A stretch of 64,000 bases of DNA from the human T2T-CHM13v2.0 reference genome, Homo sapiens, in assembly GCF_009914755.1 (NCBI RefSeq), contig NC_060928.1. The stretch is one strand, 5' to 3'. Both the position numbers and the translations under genes were made by a program. A model generated the notes under the pieces. The model had not been told where the DNA came from. It did not search any database and was given only the letters and a program-made list of their open reading frames with translations. Each line of letters begins with the position of its first letter. Within the stretch, counting starts at the first letter, position 1. Of this stretch, positions 1 through 16,030 are shown one piece after another.

Positions 1-654
1 ACAATTCTGAGCCTCCAGATGAAGATAGTGGATGAAATTCCACTATCTTCTAAAACACCCACTAAAATGAGAGCATAAAAGTTTTATAACGGTATGAACA
101 GAGAATAACACAGAACAGGAGAAGGGGATAAGATTCTGGAAGCAGGAAATTGTGAGGATGTGTGGAATCTGATGTTGTCACCTGAGCTTTGCAGGCAGTA
201 CAACACCAGGAAGCAATATGATTTGCTTGCCCAACTCCCAAAGGGTCAAAAATTCCCCATGCCACCTGGAAGTGGTAGGGAAAGGGACTAAAAATAAACA
301 GATTGCTTGAAAGTCCCATGACTAATCAGCAAGGCCCATTCCATATGCTCCTACTCATGACAGCTGGGTAACCCACCACCTCCACCACTCTCAACTGCCA
401 AAGACTTGTGAGCTATTTTTTTGGAGAGGGTGAAACTGATGGTTTCAGGACTAGAGGAAACCACATGCATTTGAGGGAAGGGTACCATGCTAAACATAAG
501 GGGGACTCAGAGGAAGTTATTTCCTGAACACTGAGACTGCCCAGGCTGCTCCAACCTCCCATTCACATGAGTCTCAGTTTACAGCAGTGGCAGCCTGACA
601 GGTAACTTACAGGCTTAAGACTGAAAGATGCTTTGCTCAGAAATGTATCAATCA

Positions 655-1457
655 ACCTATGTTCGTTTTCTAGAGCTGCTGAAACAAATTATCCACACAC
701 CTGTGGATTAAAACTGTGTAAATTTATTCTCTCACATTTCTGAAGACTTAAATTCTAACATTAAGGTGCTGTCTGGACCATGTTCCCTCTGAAGCTGCTA
801 GGGGAGAATCCTTCCTTGCCTCTTCCAGCTTCAGGTAACCCCAGTCCATCCTTTGGCTTGTGGCATCATCACTCCAATTTTTGCTTCTGTCTTCACAGGG
901 ATCTCTTCCTCTGTGTTTGAGTGTGTGTCTCTTCTAAGAACACGAGTTACTTGAGGTTAAGGGCCCACACCACTCTGGTCTGACCCCATTTTAATTGACC
1001 TAAATTCATCTGATATGGTTTGTCTCTGTGTCTCCACTTGAATCTCATCCCGAATTATAATCCCCACATGTTGAGGGAGGGAAGTGATTGGATCGTGGGG
1101 GTGGTTTCCCCCATGCTGTTCTCATGATAGTGAGCAAGTTTTCACAAAATCTGATAGTTTTATAAGCGTCTGGCATTTCCCCTGCTTGTACTTCTCTCTC
1201 CTAAAGCCCTGTGAAGAAGGTCCTTGCTTCCCTTTCACCTTCTGCCATAATTTAAGTTTCCTGAGGCCTCCTTAGCTATCTGGAACTGTGAGTCAATTAA
1301 CTCCTTCCCTTTATAAATTACCCGGTCTCAGGTAGTATCTTTAGAGCAGTATGAGATCAGACTAATATAACATCTGCAATGACCATATTTCCATTTTGAG
1401 GTACTGGGGATTAGGTTTTCAACATGTATATTTGAGAGTCACTATTCACCCATAACA
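655..1457 (-). mobile_element. MLT1 (MLT1C-like) ERVL-MaLR solo LTR, split by a THE1 LTR
   Basis: Reverse-orientation MLT1 motifs (gctgctgaaacaaatt..., ggggagaatccttccttgcctcttccagct, ...ttcacccataaca). It resumes after 1374. Confidence 0.75.
1011..1369 (+). mobile_element. THE1 (THE1C-like) solo LTR
   Basis: Starts tgatatggtttg, ends gactaatata, contains ataagcgtctggcatttcccc. Near-TSD tcatc/acatc. Confidence 0.85.
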
Positions 1458-1459
1458 AA

Positions 1460-3240
<1,781 letters not shown>

Positions 3241-3911
3241 TAAACAAAGCCAAAACTAAAACTAACTTTAAAAAGAGGCAGACAAGGATCCCAGAAATGA
3301 GAAACGAAGCACCAGAGAGGAATAAAGATAAACTCAAAAAAAAAGTTTTCAACAGGCCTAAATATAAATAATGTGGATTGGGGCAGGCAGGAAACTACAG
3401 AAGAAATGTTTCCAAGATGAAACTGAATAATTATCCCAAGTGCTTGATCACACTGAAAAATTATTATAAAACTGAGAGCAAGTTACAGATAAATTAGTAA
3501 TAAGTACATTTAATCAAAAGCAAACCCAAAGCAGATGTCATTTCCAGAAAAAAATAAAGGTAGGACATCAAAAAAGGATATTTAAGCATAACAACATGAA
3601 TCTTCTGAAGTCAGTGTTTATAGTCATAACAATATAAACATTAAAGACTTATTTACCTAAAACAATCACATAATAGAAAGATGATAATATTATAAATGTA
3701 CATATCAGAGGAGTGGGTAAACAGAGCTTAATCCCTATCTTCCATTATTATTTCTATTAATTTACAACCTCAACAGATCACATCAGTTTTGCACATATCA
3801 ACGGATAAGGTACAAAACTGAAATATCAAAAGTAGCAGCATAATTACATTATTTGACCAAAAATATTTTTCATAAGCTTTGTAGAAATATATATTTAATC
3901 AGATACATATA

Positions 3912-4227
3912 TGTATTACTCTGTTTTCACACTGCTATAAAGATACTACCTGAGGCTGGGTAATTTATCAAGGAAAGACGTTTAATTGACTCACAGTTCT
4001 GCATGGCTGGGGAGGCCTCAGGAAACTTACAATCATGGCAGAAGGCAAAGGAGAAGCAGGCACCTTCTTCACAAGGCGGTGGGGGGTGGGGTCGAAGTGC
4101 CAGATACTTATCAAACAGCTAGATCTCGTGAGAACCCACTCACTATCACGAGAATGGCATGGGGGAACCACCCCCATTATTACAATTTGAGATGAGAGTT
4201 GGATGGGGACAGAGCCAAACCATATCA
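3912..4227 (-). mobile_element. THE1 (THE1C-like) solo LTR
   Basis: Runs tgtattact...ccaaaccatatca. 5-bp TSD atata at 3907-3911 and 4228-4232. Confidence 0.88.
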
Positions 4228-5255
4228 ATATACATATATAAAACAAAAACTTACTCGACTCCAACAAATCCTGTGCTCTGTCACTATATACAGAACAGCA
4301 ACTTAAAAACCTCTCAAATGACAAAACAAAAACTTTCTTGCCCAAAGAAAATATTCTTAACACTAGAAAAAAAAACATTTTTTGATTAAAAAATCATATT
4401 TTAAAGAAAAACAAGGAGTTATAAAATATTTTTATGGAAGTCTTTGAACTCATATTCTAATATGTCAACCTGCCAAAGACAGAAACATTTGCACAAGAAT
4501 GTTTTCTGGAAACTAGATAAAAATAATGCCATATTTTTATCTGAAAAAATAAATATAAGTCGATGTCAAAAACCCCAAAGGTGTTATCATGAAGCCAAAC
4601 ATTTTATCCTCAAAGATATATCTTTATTTGGAACATTCTGACGAAAATCCAACTAGGTTAAATAAAAATGCAGAATTTACCATCAAAGAGTACACCTCCT
4701 GGCTCCTTCACACAGCATTTTTATTTATCTTATCATGATCATGTCCTAAATTTAGTTTCTTTCTACTCTTTACCAGAGTAAATTTGATCACACTATATTT
4801 GATTCAATGTTGAGTTGACATTACTTAAATATTTTCAAAACCTTCATGACCAAGTGTCATTTCTTGCATGCAAACAGTCTTTTAAGCTAAAATAGCTGAT
4901 GTACAGCAGAAATTAAATTGTCCTTGAACTATGAAGTTATATTACTGGCTGTCCCCACTCTCACCCATCCCTTGCAGTCAATAGCTGGTTTAAACTACAC
5001 GTACAGCAATAAAGATTGGTTACTTTGGTCCATTAAGAATAGCGGTTTTTCACACACACTATTTATCAGAATCACTCAGACCTCATCCCCCGAAATTATT
5101 TTTGTAGTAGCTTTATGGACATATAACTCACATACCACAGAATTCACCCATTTAAAGTATCCAATTCAATCCATGTTAGTATATTTAAAGGTTTGTGCAG
5201 CTATCACCACAATTAATTTTAGAACATTTATATCACTTCGAAAAAAAAAAAACTT

Positions 5256-5573
<318 letters not shown>

Positions 5574-5901
5574 TAACCATGAGCTATTATCCCCAATCCT
5601 CCCTTTACCCAGCCCTAAGTATTCGCTAACCTATTCAGTTTCTATGAATTTGCCTCTCTATATTGAATCATACAAAATGTCACCTTTTGTGTCTAGTTTC
5701 TTTCACTTAGCACACATTTCATAACAGCACTTCATTCTATTTGTTGCAAACAATATTTCATTGTACGGATATGTCACATTTTATTTATCCATTCGTCAGT
5801 TGATGGACATTTGAATTGTTCCCACTTTTTGACTATTACAAATAATGCCACCATGACCATTCATGTACAGGTTTTGGTGTGGGCATATATTTTCACCTCT
5901 C

Positions 5902-6193
<292 letters not shown>

Positions 6194-6489
6194 TCGCTTC
6201 TCTTAAATATATACCTAGAATTGAAATCTCTGGGTCATATGGTAACTACATGTTTAACCTTTTGAGATACTTGTCCAAGTGCTCTCCAAAGTGGCTGCAT
6301 TTTACATTCCCACCAGCAGTGTAGGAAGATTCTTATCTCTCTCCATTTTTGCCAACACCTGTTATAATCTGATCAGTCATTTTATTATTGCCATACTGGC
6401 AAGTACTCCCAGAGAGTTTGGTTCAATTGGTGTAGCTGTTGTACCCAGGCTGTATGTTTATTTATTTATATGTTATTTGTCTACATTGA

Positions 6490-6813
<324 letters not shown>

Positions 6814-6962
6814 GAGAGTAACTCTTTTAGCCTCTATCAGAAAGTACCTCATATGATCGAGAATAAAGGTTATGTCTCTAGCCTAAGAACTTGGAAACCA
6901 TTTCTGCCAGGTGAAGGTAAACCAAATAAGCCAGTGATAAAACGAGATAAATATGTGTATAG

Positions 6963-7278
6963 ACAGTTTGAGCATCCCTAATCTGAAAATCTAAAATCCA
7001 AAATGCTCCAAGATTTAAACCTTTTTGAACACCCGACATAACACCATGAGTGGAAAATTCCACACATAAGTACCTAATACAAACTTTGTTTCATGCACAA
7101 AATTATTTGAAAATGTTTAAATTTACCTTCAGGCTATGTGTACATGGTGCATATAAAACACGAATAAATTTCGTGTTTAGGCTTCGATTCCATTCCCAAG
7201 ATTCTCATGATGCATATGCAATTATTCTCAAGTTTAAAAATCTGAAATCTGAAACACTTTTGGTCCCAAGCATTTCAG
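6963..7278. mobile_element. Tigger4 (Zombi/MER46) TcMar DNA transposon fragment
   Basis: cagtttgagcatccctaatctgaaaat...ctgaaacacttttggtcccaagcatttc. Confidence 0.8.
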
Positions 7279-7434
7279 TTAGTTCTTCTTACTGGACTAT
7301 AATCTACTGCATTCATTCCAGTTTGTCAAACTCCAGCTGAAACACCTCCTCCTCAATGAAGCCTGGTCTCTCCAACTAGGGTTAGATGCTCTCTCATTTA
7401 TGCCCACACAGGAAAACTCAGTACACTCCAGATA

Positions 7435-7605
7435 TTATACTAAATGCTCTTTGTCATTTATTTCTCACAACAACCCCATGAAGAAGTTATTATTATCCTA
7501 ATTTTACATATAAGAAGCTGAAGTTCTAAACAATTAATTTACACATAGTCCTTGCACATGGCAGAGCCAAGATTTGTTCCTAGGGCTATTTGACTCCAAA
7601 GTCAC
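7435..7605 (-). mobile_element. MIR SINE
   Basis: ctcacaacaaccccatga...attttaca...ggcagagcc...tgactccaaag. Confidence 0.65.
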
Positions 7606-8740
7606 TGATCTTCTCACTGATTTGCTTGCCTTCCCATTATAACGTTTCACACACAGCTGAAACCATATTGGGCAGATCTTGTATTTTAAAAACTAAATTT
7701 TTTTAAAAATCTGCATTTTTGCCTCCATCATTAATTGTTCCTTTTTTCTCTATGTGCTTATTCATTCAACATTAGACATTGATTCTCTGCTACACACTGG
7801 CATATAATTGTATATCGGTTCTTCCAGAGCTGACATTCTAGTGGGGGAAGCATATACCAATCAAATGTGCCATGGGAAAATTCCTTCAGATTATTTGTCT
7901 CTTGCTCCAGGTAGGAGCAAATGAATAAAAAGAAAAAAAAAAGAGAGATGGCTTTGAAGGCAGGCCGCTTGATACATTTCCCAAAAGAAAATTAAACTCA
8001 AGTCCCAGAAGCCAACAGCAGGCCTTGTCAATTAAATTTCAACCAGAAGACATTCACTCTTTTGCAAGTAAACCACACTGGACATTTCAAAATTTGGGAG
8101 GTAAAGAAGAAGAAGTAGCCATATTATTTTCCACAGAGCAATTTCATATAAACTCAAGAGCAATGCTATTAGAGATTATTAAGCAATGGACAATATAAAC
8201 AAGGAGTTGAGATTTTTATGGGAAATGAAAAATGAAAAAAAAAATTCTGGGATTAAAGACTTCCTTACTTGAAGGATATATTAACACATAGCTAAATGAC
8301 AAAGTAAATGGTGCACAAGTTTCAGCATATTCATCAAAGATTCATAAACAAATGTTCTAATCAATTACTTTAACTTCTATGCTATGAATTATGAGGAATG
8401 CAAAGAAATCTCACCCCCAGCCTCTAACCTCATCTACAGCCTGGCTTGCAAGATGGAACAAGATGCATGCATTCTACAAACATTTACTCTGCCTCAGGCA
8501 GGTCACCAGGCATCTCAGATCCAAAGGGTAGCGGGCTAAGGCAGCTTCCACCCTCAAGAAATTTACAGTTGATGTGGAGAAAAATCCCTACAAATACTGA
8601 TGTTTTAGTTCTTTAATGCAGAATAACTATAAAAATAGTTACCATTCCTTGAGCCCGACCTACATGAGCCCCTGACATATTCACAACAACCCATTAAGTA
8701 GATATGCTTATGTCATTGTCATTGTAAAAATAGTCTAGCT

Positions 8741-9044
<304 letters not shown>

Positions 9045-9370
9045 CTAGCTGAGGTTCAAGGGAGGATATGTGTTTTGCCTCAAGCCACACAGCTGGTGCA
9101 GGTATTACAACTCACACTCAACAAATTCCAAAGTTCAAGGTTTCTTCTACCCGCCCTGGGTTTCATGCCACCTCCCACAGAGGATTTTAAGAAATCTTAG
9201 TTGTATAAATTTTCATTTACTTTGGGAATGATTGTGTCTTTCAAAGTTTAATTTAAAATGTAAGTAAATTTCAGGTGCAGCATTTCATCTCAGCTGACAA
9301 TTTATCACTAATAGAAGAGAGCTACTTCAAATTAGACAATGGAAACCTCTTTTGCTTTAGTCTGCAAAAC

Positions 9371-9389
9371 CACCACTAGATGGCGGTAC
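9371..9389 (+). promoter_or_regulatory. CTCF core motif (caccactagatggcggtac)
   Basis: CCACTAGATGGCG matches the CTCF core consensus, lies in non-repeat sequence and retains its CpG. Confidence 0.65.
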
Positions 9390-10574
9390 CTACACAGTTA
9401 TTCTAAGGCCAGTAGGGAACATGGTCTCTTTTTCAGTAAGCAGTTGGCTTCACAAAAAGTAAGTACTTCTTTTAAAAATCTAAATTTCTGTATTATTATT
9501 AGATACAGCAACTGGGTCACAGAGGGGTGGAGGTTTAAGACTACGTAACATCTTTGCTACATCTGTGTGAAGAACAGGATGTGTCTTTCCTAGTTAGCTC
9601 ATCGTCAAGACATTCAAAGTTTCTTATATCGTTTCCTAAAACAGCATAAACAAAAGATTTAATTTCTGTGTAGATTATTGTTTTTGTGCCAATAAAAGAC
9701 AAGATATTTGTGCTTGCTCTTACAAAGAAGAAATCAAGGGAGGCAGAACCTTATGTTATTCCTTCTAGTTAAATAAACATGATGTCTAAGGCAACCCACC
9801 CAAGTTGGGCCTTCCAAACTATTACTTAAGAAAATGAACATCAGATTCAGTTTGCGTTTGTTTTAAAGGAAATTGATTTGAATAGGAACCCAGAACTGAA
9901 GTCCGGTTTCTTCCCATTTTCCATCTTCATATACATTTGACAGTAGGAAAAGCATGGAAATATTATTTTGGTTATGAAACTGCCATGAAAAGCTGCCTCA
10001 GCATGTCATTTAACGGAAAGAGCTCCAGGCAAAGCCATTATGTGGATGGGCAAATGAGAGGAGGCTGGGAAGAAACCACATACTGCTTGCGTGAGTATTA
10101 AGTTTAAGCCATGGAAAGAGAGAATGAGAGGCTGGAAGAAATAAAAATGATACAAACTAAGCACTGTGCTCTCATTTTCATAGGAAATAGCATCAGCCAT
10201 TCAACAATCATTCCCTGATAAGTGTGTTCAATCCTTAAAACAATTTCGAAATTACTTACGATTAAAAACATATTTCATCAATGCTGGAAATCTAAGCAAC
10301 CACTTTAATACGATACTCTACACACACTCATTGTATCTTGTGTTTAGAGTATGCTACAGAGTACACTCAAATTTCACATACACCAGAATAGGAGAGGAAT
10401 TTCGGAGGCTTTAGAGGTGGGATTTACCTTTCCAAAACCTCACATTATGACAACTTATGTTCCACTTCTCAACTTTAAATTTTTTAAAAAATTAATTCCC
10501 AGGACAAGTTTTGTATTATATTTCTATTTGAATATGAAATAGAAAACACATTAAGAAAAAAAAAGAGAACTTTC

Positions 10575-10593
10575 AACCAGAAGAGGGCGCTAT
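10575..10593 (+). promoter_or_regulatory. CTCF core motif (ccagaagagggcgcta)
   Basis: One mismatch from CCAGCAGAGGGCGCTA; GC-rich patch in an AT-rich unique context. Confidence 0.6.
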
Positions 10594-10989
10594 CCTCAAA
10601 CTTAAAATTTCCACACTGTACTCATAAAGTACCTTTGCAATTCTGAAAGATGCTTCAGCATAATCCAGCTTAATCATTGCCTTATAATCTTAGAAAGAAC
10701 CCTAACCATATCCTTGAAGGGTGGAATGACCGATTTGCACAATATTCTCATTTTCAATACTCAAAGTAGCCATTATAATTCCAAGTTAATGACAACAGAA
10801 GCTGAAAAGGTATCATTCTGTAGCATCACAATCTTCATAATTTGTAACTTTTAAAAATGCTTAACTCTTGCATTCATTCAACTGAAATGTGTGGCTCCTT
10901 TATTTGCCTGCGCACTCCACAAAAAAAAAAAAAAAAAAAAAAGTTATATCTTGGAATACATCATTTTACAAAGACTGCTATTTTTCTTG

Positions 10990-11368
10990 GTATCTTAGTT
11001 TAAGGGGCAATAACAGACTACTCTAGGCTGGGCAGTTTATTATCAACAGAAATGTATTCCTCACAGATCTGGAAGCTGGAAGTCTGAGGACAAATTGCCA
11101 GCATGTTTGGGTTCTGGTGAAGGCTCTCTTTGGGGCTGCAGCTGCTGACTTCTCATTGTATACTCACAAGGCTGGAGAATGGGGCAAGCGAGCTCTGAGT
11201 TATTTTGTGTGTGTGAGGGCATTAATCTCATTCATGAGGGCTTCATCCTTATATCTGAGTCACCTCCCAAAGGCTCCACCTCCTGATACCATCAGGAGGT
11301 ATTAGAGGTTAGGATTTCAACACAGGAATTGCGGGGCAGAAGGTAGAGGGGACATTCATTCTATAGCA
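10990..11368 (-). mobile_element. ERVL-MaLR solo LTR (MLT1A/MST-like)
   Basis: tatcttagtt...gggttctggtgaaggctctct...cacctcccaaaggctccacctcc...tatagca. Confidence 0.75.
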
Positions 11369-11632
11369 TTTGAGTAACTGGAAAATAAAGCAGACAAGTG
11401 AGAATTTGAAGAAGAAAAGGAGGAAGAATGGGAAGGGTGCTGCTTTTAGAAATTCCTGTTCACTGCAGAAAACAAGACAAAAACAAGAATTTATGTGGGC
11501 AGAGAAGATAAACACAACCGCGGGACTCACTCTGGTGAGTAAGATGTCTGTGTCCACACTCATCCTAACTGGAGGAAAGTTGACTGCTTTTTCCTACTTT
11601 TATGGCTTTGAGTAGGTTCCTTAACATACTTA

Positions 11633-11976
<344 letters not shown>

Positions 11977-13202
11977 TCATAGGCACTCTTCATCCCTACA
12001 CTCTCTCTGTTTTTTTGAGACACTGCTTTCTGATTTTCTTGGTGGGAAGGGTTGGCTTGCTTAGTTGCTTATTTATCTCTCTTGTTTCTCTCTCTCAATA
12101 GACCCTAAGTTTCACAAGCACATAGACCGTATCTGTCTTATCCCCCTCCATTCCCAGTGTCTAGAATGTGGCATGCCCACAACAAATTCTAGCTGAAGGA
12201 ATCAGCAAGGAGATGTTATGGAGCTCTACCAAAATACTAACCCAGAACTTGAGACATGGTCAGTCATGAGAATTTCCACTACGCTCTGCTTCTGTGATGT
12301 TAATTTTTATATTAACATATAAAATAATGGCATATATAGATTTTGAAGTGTGTGCTAATGGCATAAAATTGCCCTCATAAATAAATGAAGTCAAAACTTA
12401 CTGATTTAAAGAAAACTATTAAGTAAATAATGGAACAGATGCTGTGTGTAAATGTCAATACGTGTGAAAGTGGTCATGGATAACAGAAGTTTGCAAAACT
12501 CACTAGATGGAGAATAAGCATAACAGAAGCCTGGCACCAAGAGTGAGGGTGGAGGTCGGAGGAAGTTTAAGGACTTGGTTTCACAGCTGGGCATTTTGGA
12601 GATGGCTGAGGCCAGCAGACAGAAAAGCCCAGACTTCCCACATTGAGACTGCACAGGGCTGCAGACATAGATTTGTATTCCCAGGTTTAACCACCTCTCT
12701 AACTTTATGGAGGAGAATCTCTGATTGTGAAGCGTTATGACTTACCAAACTACCCACTGGATGTCTTCCTGTAATGTTGAGAAGCATCCATAGTTTCCTA
12801 TTTCTTTGTAAATACCAAACCTAGAAAACTACACATGACAGTCAAGGGCACTATTCTAAATATTCTAAATGCTCAGAGTATGTGAGAGAAATTTGGAAAG
12901 AATCCTCTGGCTCAGAGTCAACAGATGAGAGAAGGAAAGCTACTGCCTTAGGTGTTTGGGGGCAGAAATTTTCCATTACTGAGAAGCAAACTGAGGTAAG
13001 GATAGTCAACATTCATGGGCAGTCCCAGTTTTTGTTGTACCTTTAAAAAAACCAAAGCCTAAAATGAGTTTCTGAGAAAAGAAATCTATCCATATATCAA
13101 TGGAAATTTGTATACCCAGCAAATATAAGATAGTATCAGTTCTTCAGGAGGAATTATCATGAAACCTGTGCACATTGACACGTTCTGGACAAGTAGTTAT
13201 TC

Positions 13203-13498
13203 TTTTTTGAGATGGAGTCTCGCTCTGTCACCCAGGCTGAAATGCAATAGCACCATCTCGGCTCACTGCAACCTTTCAACCTCCACCTCCCAGCCTCAAG
13301 CAATTCTTCTGCCTCAGCCACCCCAGTAGCTGGGATTACAGGTGTGTGCCACCATGCCCGGCTAATTTTTGTAATTTTTGTACAGATAAGATTTCACCAT
13401 GTTGGCCAGGCTGGTCTTGAACTCCTGACCTCAAGTGATCCACCCACCTCGACCTCCCAGATTTCTGGAATTACAGGTGTGAGTTACCATGACCGGCC
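13203..13498 (-). mobile_element. AluS (Sz/Sx-like)
   Basis: Antisense dimer with TSD gacaagtagtt. Confidence 0.93.
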
Positions 13499-13725
13499 TG
13501 ACAAGTAGTTTTTTCAATAAGAGAAAAACAAAATAAAATTCAAACACATATCTTATAATTTAAGAGACAGAGTTCGGAAAAGAAATAAATACCACCTGAA
13601 TCCTCCTTTTATGTGAAAATATTTAATTCCATTTAATCATACAAAATCTGCCCATATAAATTGTCTTCCAGGTCTGGGCCCAATTGCCACTTAAGGAAAA
13701 AATACATGAAAATATACCACAGGGG

Positions 13726-14229
13726 TATATACCCAAAGGATTATAAATCATACTGCCATAAAGACACATGCACACGTATGTTTATTGTGTCACTATTCAC
13801 AATAGCAAAGACTTGGAACCAACCCAAATGTCCATCAATGATAGACTGGATTAAGAAAATGTGGCACATATACACCATGGAATACTATGCAGCCATAAAA
13901 AAGGATGAATTCATGTCCTTTGTAGGGACATGGATGAAGCTGGAAACCATCATTCTCACAAGGACAGAAAACCAAACCCCGCATGTTCTCACTCATAGGT
14001 GGGAATTGAACAATGAGAACACTTGGACACAGGGTGGGGAACATCACACACTGGGGCCTGTCATGGGGTAGGGGGAGGGGAGAGGGATAGCATTAGGAGA
14101 TATACCTAATGTAAATGACTAGTTAACGGGTGCAGCACACCAACATGGCATATGCATACTTAGGTAACAAACCTGCACGTTGTGCACATGTACCCTAAAA
14201 CTTAAAGTATAATTTAAAAAAAAAGAAAA
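13726..14229 (+). mobile_element. 5'-truncated L1PA (about L1PA5) 3' end
   Basis: ORF2 C-terminus (GIYPKDYKS...[11 protein letters not shown]), G-rich 3'UTR, A tail, and 18-bp direct repeat gaaaatataccacagggg at 13708 and 14230. Confidence 0.93.
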
Positions 14230-14533
14230 GAAAATATACCACAGGGGAAGATAACATTGATTGGATCATCTCAGATTTCACTTAATTCTATCCTGTCAGG
14301 GGCCACTTACTCATAAACTGCTTAATTGAATGGGTACATTTTCAATCAATTGTTTTGTCTCATGAAAATATATACCTGGTAGACAGCATGAGCACTGACA
14401 GCTTCCTGAAGCCATCTGAGTATGTAGAGCAATAACTGCAACACGAGGGATGCTGTAAATATAGGGTTGCCCTCTGGGAAGGCTTTCACCTACAATTCTT
14501 GGGGAGGCTCAGAGAATCTGAGACCCTGGCTTA

Positions 14534-14918
<385 letters not shown>

Positions 14919-14955
14919 TTACCCTCAAGTACTCAGCAAATAGGCCTTTTGTCCT

Positions 14956-15359
14956 TACTACAGACTGAATTTTCAGTTCCCCCCAAATTCAAAGCCCTAA
15001 CTCACCTCAAACTGAGATTGTACCTCAAAATGAGATTGTATTCGGAGACAGGGCCTTTAAGGAGGTGATGAAGTTAAAATGAGGCCACCGGGGTGAGCAC
15101 TGATCCAGTCTGACTGGTGTCCTTCTAAGAAGCGGAAATTAGGACATGTAAGTAGACATCCGGGAAGCGTGCACACAGAAGAAAGGCAGTGTGAGGATGT
15201 GGTGAGGAGCGTAGTCAAAAAGCAAGGCCTCAGAAGAAAGCAAACCCAGAGACGCCTTGATCTTGGACTTCCAGCCTGCAGAACTGTGAGAAAAACATCT
15301 ATTGCGTAAGCCACCCAGTCTGTGGTATTTTGTTATGGCAGCCCCAGCAATCCAGTACA
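14956..15359 (+). mobile_element. MLT1 (A/B-like) solo LTR
   Basis: gccttgatcttggacttccagcctgcagaactgtgag...gtggtattttgttatggcagcc. Confidence 0.8.
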
Positions 15360-15727
15360 GTTCTCAAAGGGAAAGCTGCCTGATAAATCACCCTGTGCAA
15401 TGTCTATGAGGCAAAGTGATACTAATATAGAATCTTACTTTTCAGACACGGAAAAATTTTAAAACAAATAGGTCACCAAGGATTTGTCTAAGTAAGTGAA
15501 AATTCTAGATGAACTTGAAATACTCTTCTCATTGGAATTGTCTGTCTATTTTGGATGCCATTTATATGGGACATCTCACACAATACTTTTTTTTTTCTGT
15601 TGCTTTCTGAGTTGATTTTCTTAAGTATAGTTTAGTAAAAAGAGATGCAAGGGTATATTGCATAATCTCTGGTAAATCTGCAACTGAAACACACTTTCTT
15701 CTTTGAAAAAAATAAATAAATAAATTT

Positions 15728-16030
15728 CCCGGGTGTGGTGGCTCACGCCTGTAATCCCAGCACTTTGGGAGGCTGAGGCAGGTGGATCACCTGAGGCCAG
15801 GAGTTTGAGACCAGACTGGCCAACACATGGTGAGACCCTGTCTCTACTAAAAATGCAAAAATTAGCTGGGTTGGTGGTGCGTGCCTGTAATCCCAGCTAC
15901 TAGGAAGGCAGAAGCAAAAGAATCACTTGAACCCAGGAGGCGGAGGTAGCAGTGAGCTGAGATTGTGCCACTGCACTTCAGTCTGGACTACAGAGACAGA
16001 CTCTGTCTCAATCAATCAATAAATAAAAAT
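15728..16030 (+). mobile_element. AluS
   Basis: Full Alu dimer. Confidence 0.92.

Noticed and set aside
10921-10942. Isolated A22 run after gcactccac, possibly a severely truncated retroposon
   Set aside because: No TSD found and only an 8-nt Alu-like match; treated as a simple homopolymer.
13661-14071. 136-aa ORF resembling an RT C-terminus
   Set aside because: Truncated, frameshifted L1 ORF2 tail fused to flanking sequence.
14065-14087. G-quadruplex-like G tracts here and on the - strand near 52630-52650
   Set aside because: Standard L1 3'UTR G-rich tract; known and not specific to this locus.
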